The notes: generated by a model not told the origin, from the sequence alone. Positions 36,195 through 49,586 are shown, numbered from the whole stretch's first letter. The stretch is DNA of 62,399 nucleotides, filler included, from Rhabdomonas costata (GCA_019059605.1; 31 parts of 31 records of this genome joined end to end with filler, not necessarily neighbours in it), one strand, 5' to 3'. Translations and numbers: made by a program.

Positions 36195-38551
36195 NNNNNN
36201 NNNNNNNNNNNNNNNNNNNNNNNNNNNNNNNNNNNNNNTTAATTAATTAANNNNNNNNNNNNNNNNNNNNNNNNNNNNNNNNNNNNNNNNNNNNGTGTGG
36301 GGTTGAGCGTGGTTGTGGATTGGTATATCACCTCCGGGAAGGCAGGAGCGGCCGAATTCCATTTATTTACTTCTAATACCACTTGCAAATGTTGTTACAA
36401 TCAATGTTGCATACTCCAAACTACTCTTTAAAAGTTATGGTTTCTGAGCCAGAACTTTCAGAAAGACAAAAATAGAGAAAATCGTGTGAACGGCAATCCA
36501 CACAATATAACACTGTATAGTGCCTAGTTGCCTATGTTACTGTGGCGCCAACATTACCCAATTACGGTAGAGTCCACCGTTCAATTCCATAAGATGGTTA
36601 GGATTTAGCCTAGAGGTACAACCGCCTGAGTCAGTAGTTTATGACATAATACGTATATTAATCAAAGAATAATACTACATTTGCCATTTTATGGAGTTCG
36701 TATTTTACCTTCTGGTGTGTGCCGACACACTTGGGTACTGGAATGTGACATCTTTGGAAGTAATTGTTTTCCAAGTGAATCAGAAAGTCGTTGAAAATCC
36801 AGAGATTTCGCCCGAATGAAACAATCAGTAACAACGTGGTTACCAACAATACTATCCATGTGGAAACCACATGTGTGAATAGAAGGGGGCCAATTGCGAG
36901 GATATTTCCTCCCAAGCGCCGTTCCGCAAAGACCGCAGTTCATGAGCTTTTTTCGGCTCCAAATTGGAAACCCAACCATCTCTGCAGTCTCCTGGCGTGG
37001 TGGCGCGCCCTTTTCCCGACACAATCCGTGAAGCCCCCACCACTGCGGCGGAATTCCCTTGACTTACCGCGACATATCCCACCTCGATTGGGAAGGGTTC
37101 GAGGCAGGTCGCGCCACGGCCGGGGCGCGGTGGGTGGAGAACAAAGAAGAATGTGAGGGATGAGGCGGCGACCATAACCATAAAAGGTCTACGGGACCAG
37201 ACGGCTGGCGGGATTGAAGGGCCTTCCATGAAACACGCCGGGTTCCTCGAAAGGAGGACAGGACAGGAGCAGTCACGGATGATTTGGGCTTCGGCGCCGT
37301 CGTTCCGGTGCGGCAAGAGCAAAGGTCCTGTGGTGCCGTCCTCTTCGGTCGACGTTGTCAGGTGATGGGTTGGTCAGTGCTTTTCGTCCGCCGCCTCACC
37401 ATGGCAGGTCTTCAATGCCGCCCGTCCCCTCCCCGCTGTAAAAGCCAGTTTACTCACCTTTTGTGACTTTGTTTCTGTGTTGTTTCTGTGTGCCGGGGGT
37501 TCCGCTTTTCACTTGTCCCTTGCGAGGTAAACGCGTGCCCAACTTTCTGTACATGCCGTCTGTTTTTTTGCTGCCATGGAAACTCCGTGGCGCAACACCT
37601 TACTATAGCAAGCCAAGGGAAGGAAGTGTTGCAGCGGAAAATATCAAAGGGGGTTAGTATTCCTCCGCTTCCAAAAAACAGTGCCGATCGGTGCTCGCGA
37701 AGCACTTTGTCGTGATCTGGCGGGTTCTTATGCCTTTAGAAAATATACATCCAAAGTCATGGGGTAAAATGTCCACACGCATTTTACGCATACTTTGTGA
37801 AATGATACTTAGGGGGTGCCAGTATAATGGGGTATTACAGCCGTTATTTTTTCATTATACCATATTGTATTATATGGAAGAACACATACAATATAACGGC
37901 CTGTGTTTTTCGACATATTACGGTGGGAGCCGTTGGGTAACAGTCCCGAACAACTCACGCCAAAGTCATCATGTCATTTCCCCGTCCTGGCAGCACAGTG
38001 GCCACCAAACCTGAATCTTGAACCAGTCAATGGAGACTGAGGAGTTCGACGCGTCAACAAGGAAGCAGAAAACGACGATGGACCGACGCAGCAACCAAAG
38101 TACACAACAAAAACTAGAAACCAACCATGCACCAAGTTCTCCAAGAAGCCGAGCAGAAACCTGGACCATATACGAGACCGCTAAATAATGAGTACACCAC
38201 CACAANNNNNNNNNNNNNNNNNNNNNNNNNNNNNNNNNNNNNNNNNNNNTTAATTAATTAANNNNNNNNNNNNNNNNNNNNNNNNNNNNNNNNNNNNNNN
38301 NNNNNGATCCACTGCATCTGCCACGTAGTCATTTTGTAAATGCTCGAAAGCACCTTGTATCCCCAGCAAATGCCGTTTAAGATGGCACCTAGGGCACCCT
38401 CGTGCAAATGTTCCCATTTAGTTTTTGGGCCGAAGAAGGCAGAAACTTCGGAATGTTATGTGCGGGATCAGTCGACTCCGAAAGACCGCATTTGAAAGTT
38501 AAACTCCCACTGTTAAAATCCCACTGTGGAATGTGGTTGCTTTTCTTGCAG

Positions 38552-39210
38552 GCCACGCAGGGGGTGAAGAACCTCACCGACGACCTGAAGCACGCTCGGC
38601 GGCTTGTGGCCAAGGCGATTGAGGACAAGAACAAAACCTTGGCGGAGGTTAAGAAGGTAGTATATGCCCGCTTTCTCTGTATTGCCTAATTTTATGGGTT
38701 TTTCCCGTTCTATGATGGGTTTGGTGGAGCTTCGTTTCATCGAAGCAACAACAAGCACACAACGGCAGGAAGCGTCCGCAGAGATCGTGTCCGCTTCGCT
38801 TTAAATCTGAGTACTAACCTTTTCTGACTTCAAAGCGAAATAGAGGAGAAACGAAAGTTTACCTAAAGAGGGACATCTGTTCTCCGGTGCTTTGGTGTGT
38901 CCCCTTCCCAAGCCTTACCATTTGTTCATCAAAGCCAAAAACGCTCAGCAGTGCTGATCATTTAGCTTTAGTCCTGTTTTGTATTTTAACAAGGTTGCAA
39001 TTGACATGGTGGGTCGCAAGTGTGTAAGGGGGGGTGGTGCAGCATATGTCTCATCTCTCGCAGAGTTGGGCGGCGAGGAAATTCTTCGCGAAAGTGCTGC
39101 GGGAGAAGAGCCCAGCCGCTCTTGAGCAGGTGTCGGACCTTGCCCTGGCTTTCATTGTCGTGTTTGCCCGCAACAATTGGAGCGATGAGGGAGACCACTT
39201 CAGCAAGAAG
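38552..39210 (+). CDS. Two exons (38552-38656, 39064-39210) of an uncharacterized helical protein
   Basis: GC3-rich open frames with CAG/GT boundaries, phase 0. Confidence 0.45.
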
Positions 39211-40436
39211 GTGCGGAAGTTCGCCTATACGGGCTGAGACGAGCTCGCCGTACCACCGTAACTGTTGCAGCATCGTTGTGGGCACTTGAGCGGACTGATG
39301 CCGTTCATTACGTTATCATTTCTCCTGAGGAGTGGCAGTGGGTTCCAGCGTTTTGCGGGTTTTGGTGTGGAGTGTCGTTGTCTTACGGAAAGTCTTCTGG
39401 TCGTACATGACCGTTTTGAAAATGGGGGGGCGTTCAATTCCAAAAAGAGGCCGGATAGAAAGAAGTTGGGGAAGCAAACCGCGGGGCACATAGTCCGAAG
39501 GAAGAGGCACAGGCAAGGGCAACCTGCCGACAAATTTTGGGCGCGCTCTTAAGAATGAACTTAGCAACACAATCCGTGCCGGCAGATATCTCCGTGCCGT
39601 TCCAAGGGGGCCCATCCACTCAACGGTCATATTTTTCTGGTCCATTACGGGTGTTTAATTCCTCCCGTGGCGCCTTGGTACTTCTTCAGATTGAAACGTC
39701 GGGTTAAATGGCCCATTTGTATGCGCAAAGCTGGCCTTTTCCAAAAAAATGAACCTAATAATAAAAAACGGCGATCAGTAGGTGGGCGGTTGGGATGTCA
39801 CGTTTAATCTGGCGGTTCGCCGGTTGCTGTTGCCACTTTGCGTTTGGATATCTGCGCGGACGTGGAAACCATGGTTCATCCAATTAGCACAAATTCATGG
39901 TGATACCCCACGGCGCCATTTACAACAAAGTGTTGTTTCGACGTTCGGTGCTGGAAAAACATTTGGTGGCCGAGTCCCGCCCCGCAAGCAGAACACAGAA
40001 TTCAGAACTCAGGAGCGGTAACGCCGGCAGCCAACAGATGAGGATGTGCGTGCGACATTTTGACTATGCGGTTAAAGTTAACTCGCAAAATATATTAATC
40101 TTGGCGTCGTTTTTGCTTGAAAAAAATTCATGTAGACAGCGCCGGTTGCTACACTGCTGGTAAGAATTAACGAATTTAAGAATAACTTCCTCGATTTGCA
40201 GGTTGCAAAAAAACCNNNNNNNNNNNNNNNNNNNNNNNNNNNNNNNNNNNNNNNNNNNNTTAATTAATTAANNNNNNNNNNNNNNNNNNNNNNNNNNNNN
40301 NNNNNNNNNNNNNNNTGTATTGGGTGAGTTTGGGGGAGGGGTTGACATGCGCGGTTCCACCCTGAGGAGCTTTGGGCTACATTTCTCGCGTCAACATTTG
40401 CCGCCGAAATCCCCGTCCTAGCGTGGCCCATGAGGC

Positions 40437-42230
40437 ATGGACTTTAGAAAGTGTGAAAGTGTATTGGGCACCATGTGTGTCTGCTCCTTTCCAGGCATCT
40501 GTGGGTTCCATCCGGTCCTCTGGAAGGCCTTCCAGTACCCGATGTTGCAGGCTGTAGCTGACCTGCTGCGTTGTGTGGAGCTCAATTGTTCCTGGCCGCC
40601 GGAGCTGTGTAAATGGTACGTGGGCATGATTCACAAGGCTTCCTGCGGCACCCGGACGCATGACAAGAGCCCCATCGCGGTACTCGATGTACTGTACCGT
40701 CTTTGGTCCAAAGGGACGGTCATCTGCGCCGACGTTACACGGCCACTACTTGGGGCAAGAGGCCAAGGGATTCCGGTCCCAGCTGGGCACCCTCCATCTC
40801 GCCCAACTCCTCTCGTACGTGATTGATCTGCAGCCGAGGCGGGGTCATCTTCTGTGGCTCATCCTTCCTTACTTCCTTCAATGTGTAGAAGTGCTTCCAC
40901 GCCTTCCAGTTGTGGGCCATTTTTGGAATCATCAAACGGGAAGTCATATCGACATCCCTTATCTGAAGCTTTTGCAGCTTCTACGCGACGCTCCGCCAGC
41001 GCTTCCGTTTCGGACAGGTATATGGTGCCGAGTGGTTCATGTGCAATGGCCTGGCCAAGTGGTGCCAGGCTAGCCCCGACCTCATCAACCTGAGCCATTC
41101 CACCGCTGGGCGGTCGCTCATGGTGTGGTCGTCCTCATTCAGGATGCGGTGCGTGTGGCTTCAGGCAGTTTGACTACTACGTCTCCATGGTCGACACGTC
41201 CCTGCCCGAGGCGGTTCTCCTGGTACAGGGCTACCGCGACTGGTGCGACCTCCTAGGTCTCACGGTACACTTGGGGCAAGACGCAGATCTGGACATCGGA
41301 ACAATACTTCCGAGGCCCGGTGACCCTGTATCTCCGCTACTGACCCGCGCCCCACATTCCGCATTATCTCAGTGGAGCTGGGCGTGGACTGAGTCTCCGT
41401 TTCTGCTATCCACACCCGGCCACGCGTGGCCTCCTTACTCTTTGCGTGCAAGCGCCTCCACTGACTCGCGGTTCAGGCTGGTATCGCCGCCCTTCTCTGG
41501 AGCTCTGCGGTTCTACATCAATCCATCTATGGGTGCGAATTAAGGACGTTAGATCGCCACTCTGTCGGTGCCCTAGCCACTCAAGTCATGGCCATCGTCA
41601 CATCATCTTCCCCTCTGCAGCTCTTCCACTTCCGCGCAACAAAAGCGGTGTGGTTCTAGACCCTGGGCGCGTTCGCGGTTCGGGACCCAGCCATGGAGAT
41701 GCAGGCGCGCCACCTGCGTTGGCTCTGGACGCTCTCCAACCAGTACGGCTTGGCCGCATCGGTTTACCGCTTCTTGGCCCCCACCTTCTGTAACACTTGG
41801 ACGGAGCCCACTCCGGCACTGGCTGCAGACCTCGCCTCTATCAAGTGGAGCGTGAGCATCAATTTATTCTCCCCAGCTTCAGCCTGTTGCCACAGCTACT
41901 ACCCGAACCCAGCTACCATGGCGAAGTCTCCATGGCCCCATTAGACGATGCCCCTCCACCGCAATCCGTCTGGACAGACGGGTCCATGTGTTCCTGGAGC
42001 GGCGCGGCCGCTCTTTAGCCGGAATCGGGCATTTTCCATTCCGCCCGTACACAGGACCCCTCAGCTACACACAGTGCGAACTGGTGGCACTGTCATTGGT
42101 CTCACGCTTACACCCTCAGCCTCCGCTGATACTGACGGATTCTCTGGTCTCCATGCAGCTGATCCGCTCCTGGGCAACCCGCCCGATGGCCGCCATCCTG
42201 GCCTGCCAGGAACGAGCGGCGGTGCGTTCC
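40437..42230 (+). mobile_element. Degenerate non-LTR retrotransposon (LINE) ORF2: reverse transcriptase + RNase H
   Basis: RT N-terminal motifs (WPPEL..W.V.MI.K...PIAVLDVLYRLWSK; LGLTVHLGKTQ) and RNase H motifs (VWTDGS; ELVAL; ILTDSLVSMQ), across several frameshifts and stops. Confidence 0.88.
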
Positions 42231-42602
42231 NNNNNNNNNNNNNNNNNNNNNNNNNNNNNNNNNNNNNNNNNNNNTTAATTAATTAANNNNNNNNNNNNNN
42301 NNNNNNNNNNNNNNNNNNNNNNNNNNNNNNTGTTGGGGTGTCGCGTGGGGGGCAACATGCTCGATATTAGGAGGTGAGGCGCCCTCGGTTTGGTTTCGGG
42401 TTACCCAAGGCAGGGGTTTCGATAAACTCTACCAGTTCAATTCCTCACGTTGTCCAAGAAACAGGGTTGGGTGAACTTCGCCACCCTCTGCGGCCGTCTA
42501 TTTGCCTCCCAAAAGAGAATGCTTGCTAGTCTTGCACTAAAGCAGCGAAATTGTGCAGACAAGCGCTACTTTCTTTCCTTTCTGCTTTCATCTTTCGAAC
42601 AG

Positions 42603-43411
42603 TTCTGGCGCAGTGACCTGGTGGTCTTTTACTTGGGGTGCTCCTTCACTTTTGAGAACGCCCTGCAGGCCTCAGGGGTGCCGGTTCGCAATGTTCAGCA
42701 GCGCGTGAATGTGCCGATGTACAAGACATCCCGTCCTTGCGCTGCCGTGGGGTATCTTTCGTCGTTTCCGTGCCCACGAAATCTTATTTATAGGAATTCC
42801 GAAATCGTTTACACAGACGCAGGCAAGCTGGAAGCTCGGGAGTATGACAAGGGAAATGTCTCTGAGGGGAAAGAGAAAAGATTCACCGTTTTTAGCAAAG
42901 AAGCTCCTGTTCTGTAATACCCTTTGATGAACCTGCCGGTTAATCTTTCTTTTCATCAAGCACCACCAAACTTTCCGCTTTGCGGAAGCGCTGTTCACCT
43001 CCTTCATTGCTTCTATTTCTTCTATTTCGCTTGTTGTGGTGAGTGGTTCACAGACCCTTCCAAACCAACCTCGTGGTGTCGATGAGGCCACTTCCTCGGG
43101 ATTTGATTGGCAAAGCATCCAGTGTCACCGCGCCTTTCGTCCGCGCTCATGGGGCTCCAGTGCACAGGTTCGGGTTTTGCTCGCATCCTTTCTCCTGACC
43201 CGTGAAGATTTTGCCAGAAGGCTCTATCTTTAGCTTTGCGGGCGCAGTGGGGATCCAGTGGAACTGGGGGTGAAGGACGTGGCCACGCCCGACTTTGGCG
43301 ACGCTGTCACCTTCGAAGACGGGGATGTACCCGTTTTTTGGGCCTGCGGGGTGACCAGTTCGAGTGCTGTTATAGCAGCTGCTCCTGAGCTTTGCATCAC
43401 CCACTCTCCTG
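42603..43411 (+). CDS. DUF1445 / D-glutamate cyclase (DGLUCY)-like hydro-lyase; exons 42603-42751, 43054-43167, 43248-43411
   Basis: [13 protein letters not shown]...NVPMYKT..C...[11 protein letters not shown]...AHGAPVH|SGDP.ELG..D...PDFGD.V.....[10 protein letters not shown].....CITHSPG. Phase-compatible GT-AG introns. Confidence 0.92.
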
Positions 43412-43426
43412 GTGTGTGTCAACCGT

Positions 43427-43506
43427 CTTTCTTTTCTTTTCTTTTCTTTTCTTTTCTTTTCTTTTTTCTTTTCTTTTCTTTTTTCTTTTCTTTTTTTTTT
43501 TTTTTT
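43427..43506 (+). repeat. (TTTTC)n-type intronic pyrimidine microsatellite
   Basis: Directly visible. Confidence 0.9.
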
Positions 43507-46500
43507 GCGAAAATGCATCAATTTGGCTCACCTAATAGCAGCGCGTTGCTGGCAGTAGCATCTTCGTCTCTCTCGTCTCAATGTTCTGAGTGTGAAATTC
43601 CGTTCGGACGTGACCGGCTGTTCCGTTGGGACACTTTATCCCGTCAGGAAGGGGATGAACAAAACGAGCACGCGAAGCCGAACACACCTGATAAATATGC
43701 ATAAAGTGACTGAACGTCCCTCAACGGTCCGGTCTATTGGGGTTAACCGTATAACGCCGTTGCAAGGTATAACAGCGTTATGCGGTCATGGGGCGGCATA
43801 TTAAAAAACGATTTTTGGCCATTCCGTTGTCTTTCACGTTGGTCAGTATTGGTGTGGGAACTCATTCCTTGCTGGGCTTTGGCCAACAAAAGGGATTCGA
43901 TTCGTTTAGGAGCGGAAGCCAGCCCGCGGCTCGGCCTTGCTTGCTGGAGGGGGGGATTTCAACAGTTCGTGGCGAGGTACCTCAAACCGAAGCATGTACA
44001 CTAGTGTCGTGGTGGGCCGGGCCTCGTCGTTTCGCACCGCTAAACCGTATAACAGCGTTTTACCATATAACGGTGTTCTACGTCCCTCAAACTCCCCATC
44101 CCCGCTGTTGGAGATTTCGACAGTATCAAAGAACTGTCTGATGACCGTTCGCTAAATGCGTTGGTGGAGGGCCTTCAGGTGGAATGTTCATCTGCGACAT
44201 TTTGGAAAACGATCCTCTCGTGTTGGGGAAGACCGTGGAAGCTCGNNNNNNNNNNNNNNNNNNNNNNNNNNNNNNNNNNNNNNNNNNNNTTAATTAATTA
44301 ANNNNNNNNNNNNNNNNNNNNNNNNNNNNNNNNNNNNNNNNNNNNTGTGGGTGTGTTTGGTTGGTTGGTTACAGCTGACATCGCACAAGAGGAGGAAGAG
44401 GAGGACAAAACAAAAAGAAAAAAGAAAGGGTTCGTAGAGAGGAGGAAAGCTGGGAGTCACTGAGGCGCTGGAAACGCCTGCCGTGTGAGTCTGCAAAGGG
44501 AGCTCGGGGGAAGAAAACAGAAGAACTGCGGGAAGAAAGGAGGCCAACGCTGAACGACGCCCTCGACACAACTCAAACGATACCAACCCATGTTAGCTTC
44601 GGGCGGCGAATCCGCAAGTCTGCGCACGTCTCCAACCGCAGTCCGACGAAACAGCCCGATGGCAACCCCAGGAGATTTTGTTTCCATATTAACCAAACCC
44701 CGGGAAGCTCGCCACCGCTCATGGAGCGAAGAAGGAAGTGGCAGCAACATTTCATGAGCTTTCGTGGTCTCATCTCCCTCCTTGAGAGAAATGCAACAGT
44801 CAAATGTGCACAGGACCCTCAGCCCGCCGGGCCGGGGGGAGGCACTGCAACTTTGGGCCCCGCAGGAAAGGGCAGCTTTCGGTACAGCAGGGTCACTACG
44901 GGTGGAGAGGCTGCACTGTTCCGGAAGAACTGCGCCACGGTGCCCATGTCCATGCCTGGGTCCAAGGGCTACGCCCACCCAGAGGCAAAAGGATAAAGGA
45001 GAACTCAGGCAACCACTTACCAGACATACCAAATACACCAAATGCGCAGAAAAAAGAAGGGCACGTGGGTGAGTACAGAGGGGGGAACTGAATCGATTGA
45101 TGCTTTTTTTTTAAAGAATGGTTGCTCACAGGCTGCACGAAATGCAAGCAAACGAAGGATCCCCGCCTCCCTCGGGAAAACCTTTCCATCGTGGGAGAGA
45201 ATCTGCACGAAGTCCTCGGCAGGATGCACTCCACACTCCTTCCCATCGGCGTCTCTGGGGAACAGGAATCCCAATGTGGCAACCCAGCGGATCGGCAAGG
45301 ATACACGGAATTCGCAAAAGTAGAAACAATTTTCATGTGCATACCACACCCCACCTCCACCCATACCGCTGCACGGGTGCCTCCAGCCCAAGCTTTTCTC
45401 GCACGTACTCCGCGATCTTGTGCACCCGCAGCAGCCGAGAGGCACTGAGCTTGGTGTTTCTGAACGAATGAATGCAATCGCAAAAGCTGCGCGAGGGAAA
45501 AACTAATACAAAATGAGTCAAAACAAGCTACAAATGTCCCCACTGTGTTTTGTTTTCAGCATTCTGCTCAAGGAAAGGCCTGGTGATTGTGGTATAATGC
45601 CCCGCAACGCACGTGTAGCCCAGACATATACACGCTTGTTCAGGAGCACACTTGGAAAGCACTTGCTCACCGGGGTCCCCGCTGCTGCTGAAGGGCTCGA
45701 CGTAAAAGGATACTTTGACGTCCTTTTCCCGCGGGCACTGCTGGGTACCCTGTATGTCAACAGAGAGCAAACCCCGTCAGCTCTCCAATTCTCATTCAAT
45801 GTCAAAACTTGTGGTGTATGTGGTGGCAGCATTGCCGTTTCCTTTACTGCAGCCTCATCTACAGATGAGCAGACGAGCAACGAGAAAAAGTCAAGGGCAG
45901 TTTTTCCTCTTTTGCTTTCGCTCATTAAGTTAACGATCCCAAGTGTTCACAAGGGTTCCGTTTTCTCAAGTTTTGCATGCTCAAAGGAGCCATTCCAGCA
46001 CTTGACGCAATGAGGCGCAGCCAGGACACATAATCCAAAAATCAGGGTGATGTCTTGGCGAAGGGAGAGGTGATAGCAACGCAAACACAAAAGCGGTGGG
46101 GAGGCAAAGTCGCTGCGCCAACACCCTTCAGATGTCAGGGGCAGGTACCATCGCAGGATTTAGTGGTTGGCGAGGGTTCCCGGTGCAAGACTTGCCGGAC
46201 GTTGGAAAGGTCCACGGTTGGTTCGGCGCAGAAAAGGGTCACCAATTACCACAAACCCGNNNNNNNNNNNNNNNNNNNNNNNNNNNNNNNNNNNNNNNNN
46301 NNNTTAATTAATTAANNNNNNNNNNNNNNNNNNNNNNNNNNNNNNNNNNNNNNNNNNNNGTGGTGGGTGTGTTTGGGTGTTGTGTTATGCAAGTTACTTG
46401 GAAGGCGGCAGCGATACTTGCATGTTGTTTTTCAAAAAGGTCAAAAGGTCACGATCTAAACTTGAGGCAGTGGCGTCGTGCGTCCTGCGAACTGCGAACG

Positions 46501-46641
46501 CGGGGTCTCGGTGCGTGAGGCACCGGTGCTAACAAGGAGGTGTGGGGTTGGTGATAGGTGATAGGTGATAGGTAAACAACCAATATAATGAGATCCCTCG
46601 TCGTTTGCGCCCTTTTTTGTTACACTTATTTCTTCACATAG

Positions 46642-47892
46642 TGAATTGGCATTTGGTGGCCACCGAGGTATCCCGTGCCCGTGACTGTTATTTTTGTTAT
46701 TCTTGCCCTTTGAGATTTTGCTCTTTCAGTCATTTTTCTTTCGCTGCCAAGCCTGCGCGTTGCAAACCCGCTGCGTGCCCCACAGGTCGAATTCATGGTG
46801 AACCACTCTGATTCTGATGTGCTCTTCTTCGACACTGTGTTTCTGCCCACTGTGCTTGCAATATACTCAAAACTAACTCCTGTCGGGTATGTGAACGAAC
46901 GTGTGCTGTTCCTTGATGATGAAGCTCTTTGTTTGCAATTCGCAGGGCACTCACGTTTGATTTGTTCACAACACAAAGAAGCTTTGCCCTTGTGTCTTTT
47001 TTGCTCATCAGATGGTGGGTTCAGATGCAAGTGCCAACCGCAGAAGATTCCTCTGGGGTGGGAAAGACTCCTCCTCTTGTGCCGTTCTGCCCGCCGGAAA
47101 GGCTGTTTGACATTCGGCAGCTTCGAATGCACGGATCTGCAGCGTTTCCGGAGTGTCCCGCAGGCACGGATAAGATTGGGGGCAACATGCTATACACCGG
47201 CGGAACCACGGGAAAGCCCAAGGTCGTGTTTCGCTTTTTCGGCACAGCTGACTTTCGATTTCATTTGAAGCTGGCTAAGAGATGGGGGGGTCACGACAGG
47301 GCGCCGTCCGCCTGGCGATGCCCTTGCCGCTAGCCTCCTTGGCCACTGCTGGGTTTGATCGCTCCGCGGAACGTCACGTTCAGCTGGTCCGTTGGCGCGC
47401 CTTCATTTCTGCAGTTTCTCCTGCATCACCGTGTCTGCTCAAGCGCTAGTCTTTCTATATTTCCTTTCCCACCTTGGGTTGTGAAAGTACCAGAAGAGTT
47501 TGTGTTCTACTGGTCTTCTCCCGAGTGGAAAGGAAACCTTGGTCTTTGAAGCTGAGTCTGGTGGGAACATACCGAAGCGCAATCCAGTGTCAAGATTTGG
47601 GCAGCGTTTCGCCATTAGTGGCATCGCCTTTATGAAAAACTTCGTCAACCTGCAGTGAGTTTAAAGTGAGAAATCTTGGAATGGCGTTCGGTACATGGTG
47701 CCTTTCCGGGCACCATGGCCGTTTCTAACTCATTTCTCCCGTGACGCCAGGGTAACTTTCGCCTGCTGGCTTTCACGCTGCGTTTTTCTTTGCCTTTTTT
47801 TTTTTGCAGCTGTGCGCTCCGCTCTACCACGCCATGCCATTTATCTGGAGCGCGATCGCCATTAATTTGAAGGGGACGATGGTGCTAATGAA
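46642..47892 (+). CDS. AMP-forming acyl-CoA synthetase; exons 46642-46667, 46786-46886, 47012-47222, 47300-47386, 47810-47892
   Basis: VNWHLVATE|VEFMVNHSDSDVLFFD...|..GGNMLYTGGTTGKPK|GAVR...HVQL|LCAPLYHAMP, giving the AMP-binding P-loop and PLYH motif. Splice phases are consistent. Confidence 0.9.
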
Positions 47893-48735
47893 GTATCTTT
47901 TCTTGCTTCGCTCCCGTTCCTCTTCTCAAGATTTCAACGAACCTTGAGGCCTTCTCTGGCATCGGCAATGCCGTTCTTTCCGAAACCGCGAAGCCCCTTT
48001 CCCACTCTTTGGAAGTGTCGACTCCCGCGGTTCCCCAGGCCCAGCTGTCGCAGGACCAGGTGCCCATTCTGGAACTATTTTGTCAGCGACCCTCCACCAT
48101 GCTCGGGGAACCTGCTGGCGCTCAACCGCTGCCGGAGCCTCGGCTTTCTCTCTCCCAGCAAAACTGCAGTCTGAGACACAGGACCTAGGCTAACCTCGTG
48201 AGGAAAGCCCTTCGCCCACGGATGACGGGGGGAGGTCGGCTTCCGTCCCAGACCAAGAATTCACCACCCACCCNNNNNNNNNNNNNNNNNNNNNNNNNNN
48301 NNNNNNNNNNNNNNNNNTTAATTAATTAANNNNNNNNNNNNNNNNNNNNNNNNNNNNNNNNNNNNNNNNNNNNCGCAAACCAAACCAATGCGCTGGGCCA
48401 TAAGAAACTCCATCGTCCCCTCGTCCCTGTTTGTGAAGGATACTGAGATCATAGAGCCTCAGGCGTCCTCTCCTCGGAGAACGACTTCTAAAGGCAACCG
48501 GCACAAAATGAAACACTCGCTGTTGACACAAGACATTGAAGATGCACCGCCACTCACCCCACCACTGTCACTATGCGGTCTTGAAGCCCGGCTATATTGG
48601 CACAATACGAGGCCACCTTTACCGACCTGCACCACTTTGTCAGCCTGTTTCATTCTCCTCCGAATCTTGGAGACGTTTCACGCAGTTTGTACGGTGTGAC
48701 GTCTGTTGCCACCATACGTCTGTTGCGCAACACAC

Positions 48736-49586
48736 CAGTCCACATCCAATCCATTTCAATAAACAGCACAGGAGAGGTGCGATCGGGCCTGGTCAGCACG
48801 TCGGTCACTGCGATGATGCAAGGGCACTGCGAGAGGTGCTGCATCACTCGAAGTTCTCGAAGAAGGCATTTGGCGACCCGGAGGTTTTCTTTCAGTGCCA
48901 TCTGAATCCCGTCCCCGCCCCTTTCCCCTCGCCTTCAAAGAAGAAATATAGGAAAAACCACTGTAGCGTTGCGCGAGCCCCATAGCAAAGTAATACATCA
49001 TACCTGTTGGGTTGGAAGCGGTTGCCCAACCGCAAATTTTCGAAACTTAATTGCAATGTGTTTATTCTTTTTCCAAAATAGTGACCCCATCATAGGCGCT
49101 TTTTTAAATCTTTCGTTGTCGCCAGTGCTGAGCTAAAGGGTGAGAGGACCCTCGCTAAGCACGCCCATTGCAATGTGTTTCATATTTCGGATTTATGGGC
49201 CCATTAGAAAACACAAAAGAATTCCCCTAAGAATAAGATCCGATAAACACTACCATGGACCCCGATCCAGCAACGAAAGCCAAAGTTGCCGAAATTATTA
49301 TTAAAAAACTGTCACGAGTGGGACAAAACCAATGGCAAAAGTCAATGGCAATCACATTTGCGGTACCAAAAAGACCCCGAAAAAAAACGAGAAGGGGAAG
49401 CACTCGCGCAGACACCCGCTCGTAGGTCATCTCAAGCTCCTTGAGCGCAACTGGGTGACCACTCCGTGTGTTACGGGCTTTAAACACCCGCCCGTAGCCT
49501 CCCTCGGCAACGAAACCAACGGAGTCGTAGTCAGTGCTGCCCACCCGAAGCAGATTTTCACGAGCGGAGGCGACTTTGTTAGTCAT
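48736..49586 (-). CDS. CMGC-group (MAPK/CDK-like) protein kinase, N-lobe; exons 49586-49416, 48901-48736
   Basis: VAEGGYGRVFKAR...VALKEL|...AKCLLRELRVMQHL..CPCIIAVTDVL; GT-AG, phase 0. Confidence 0.82.
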
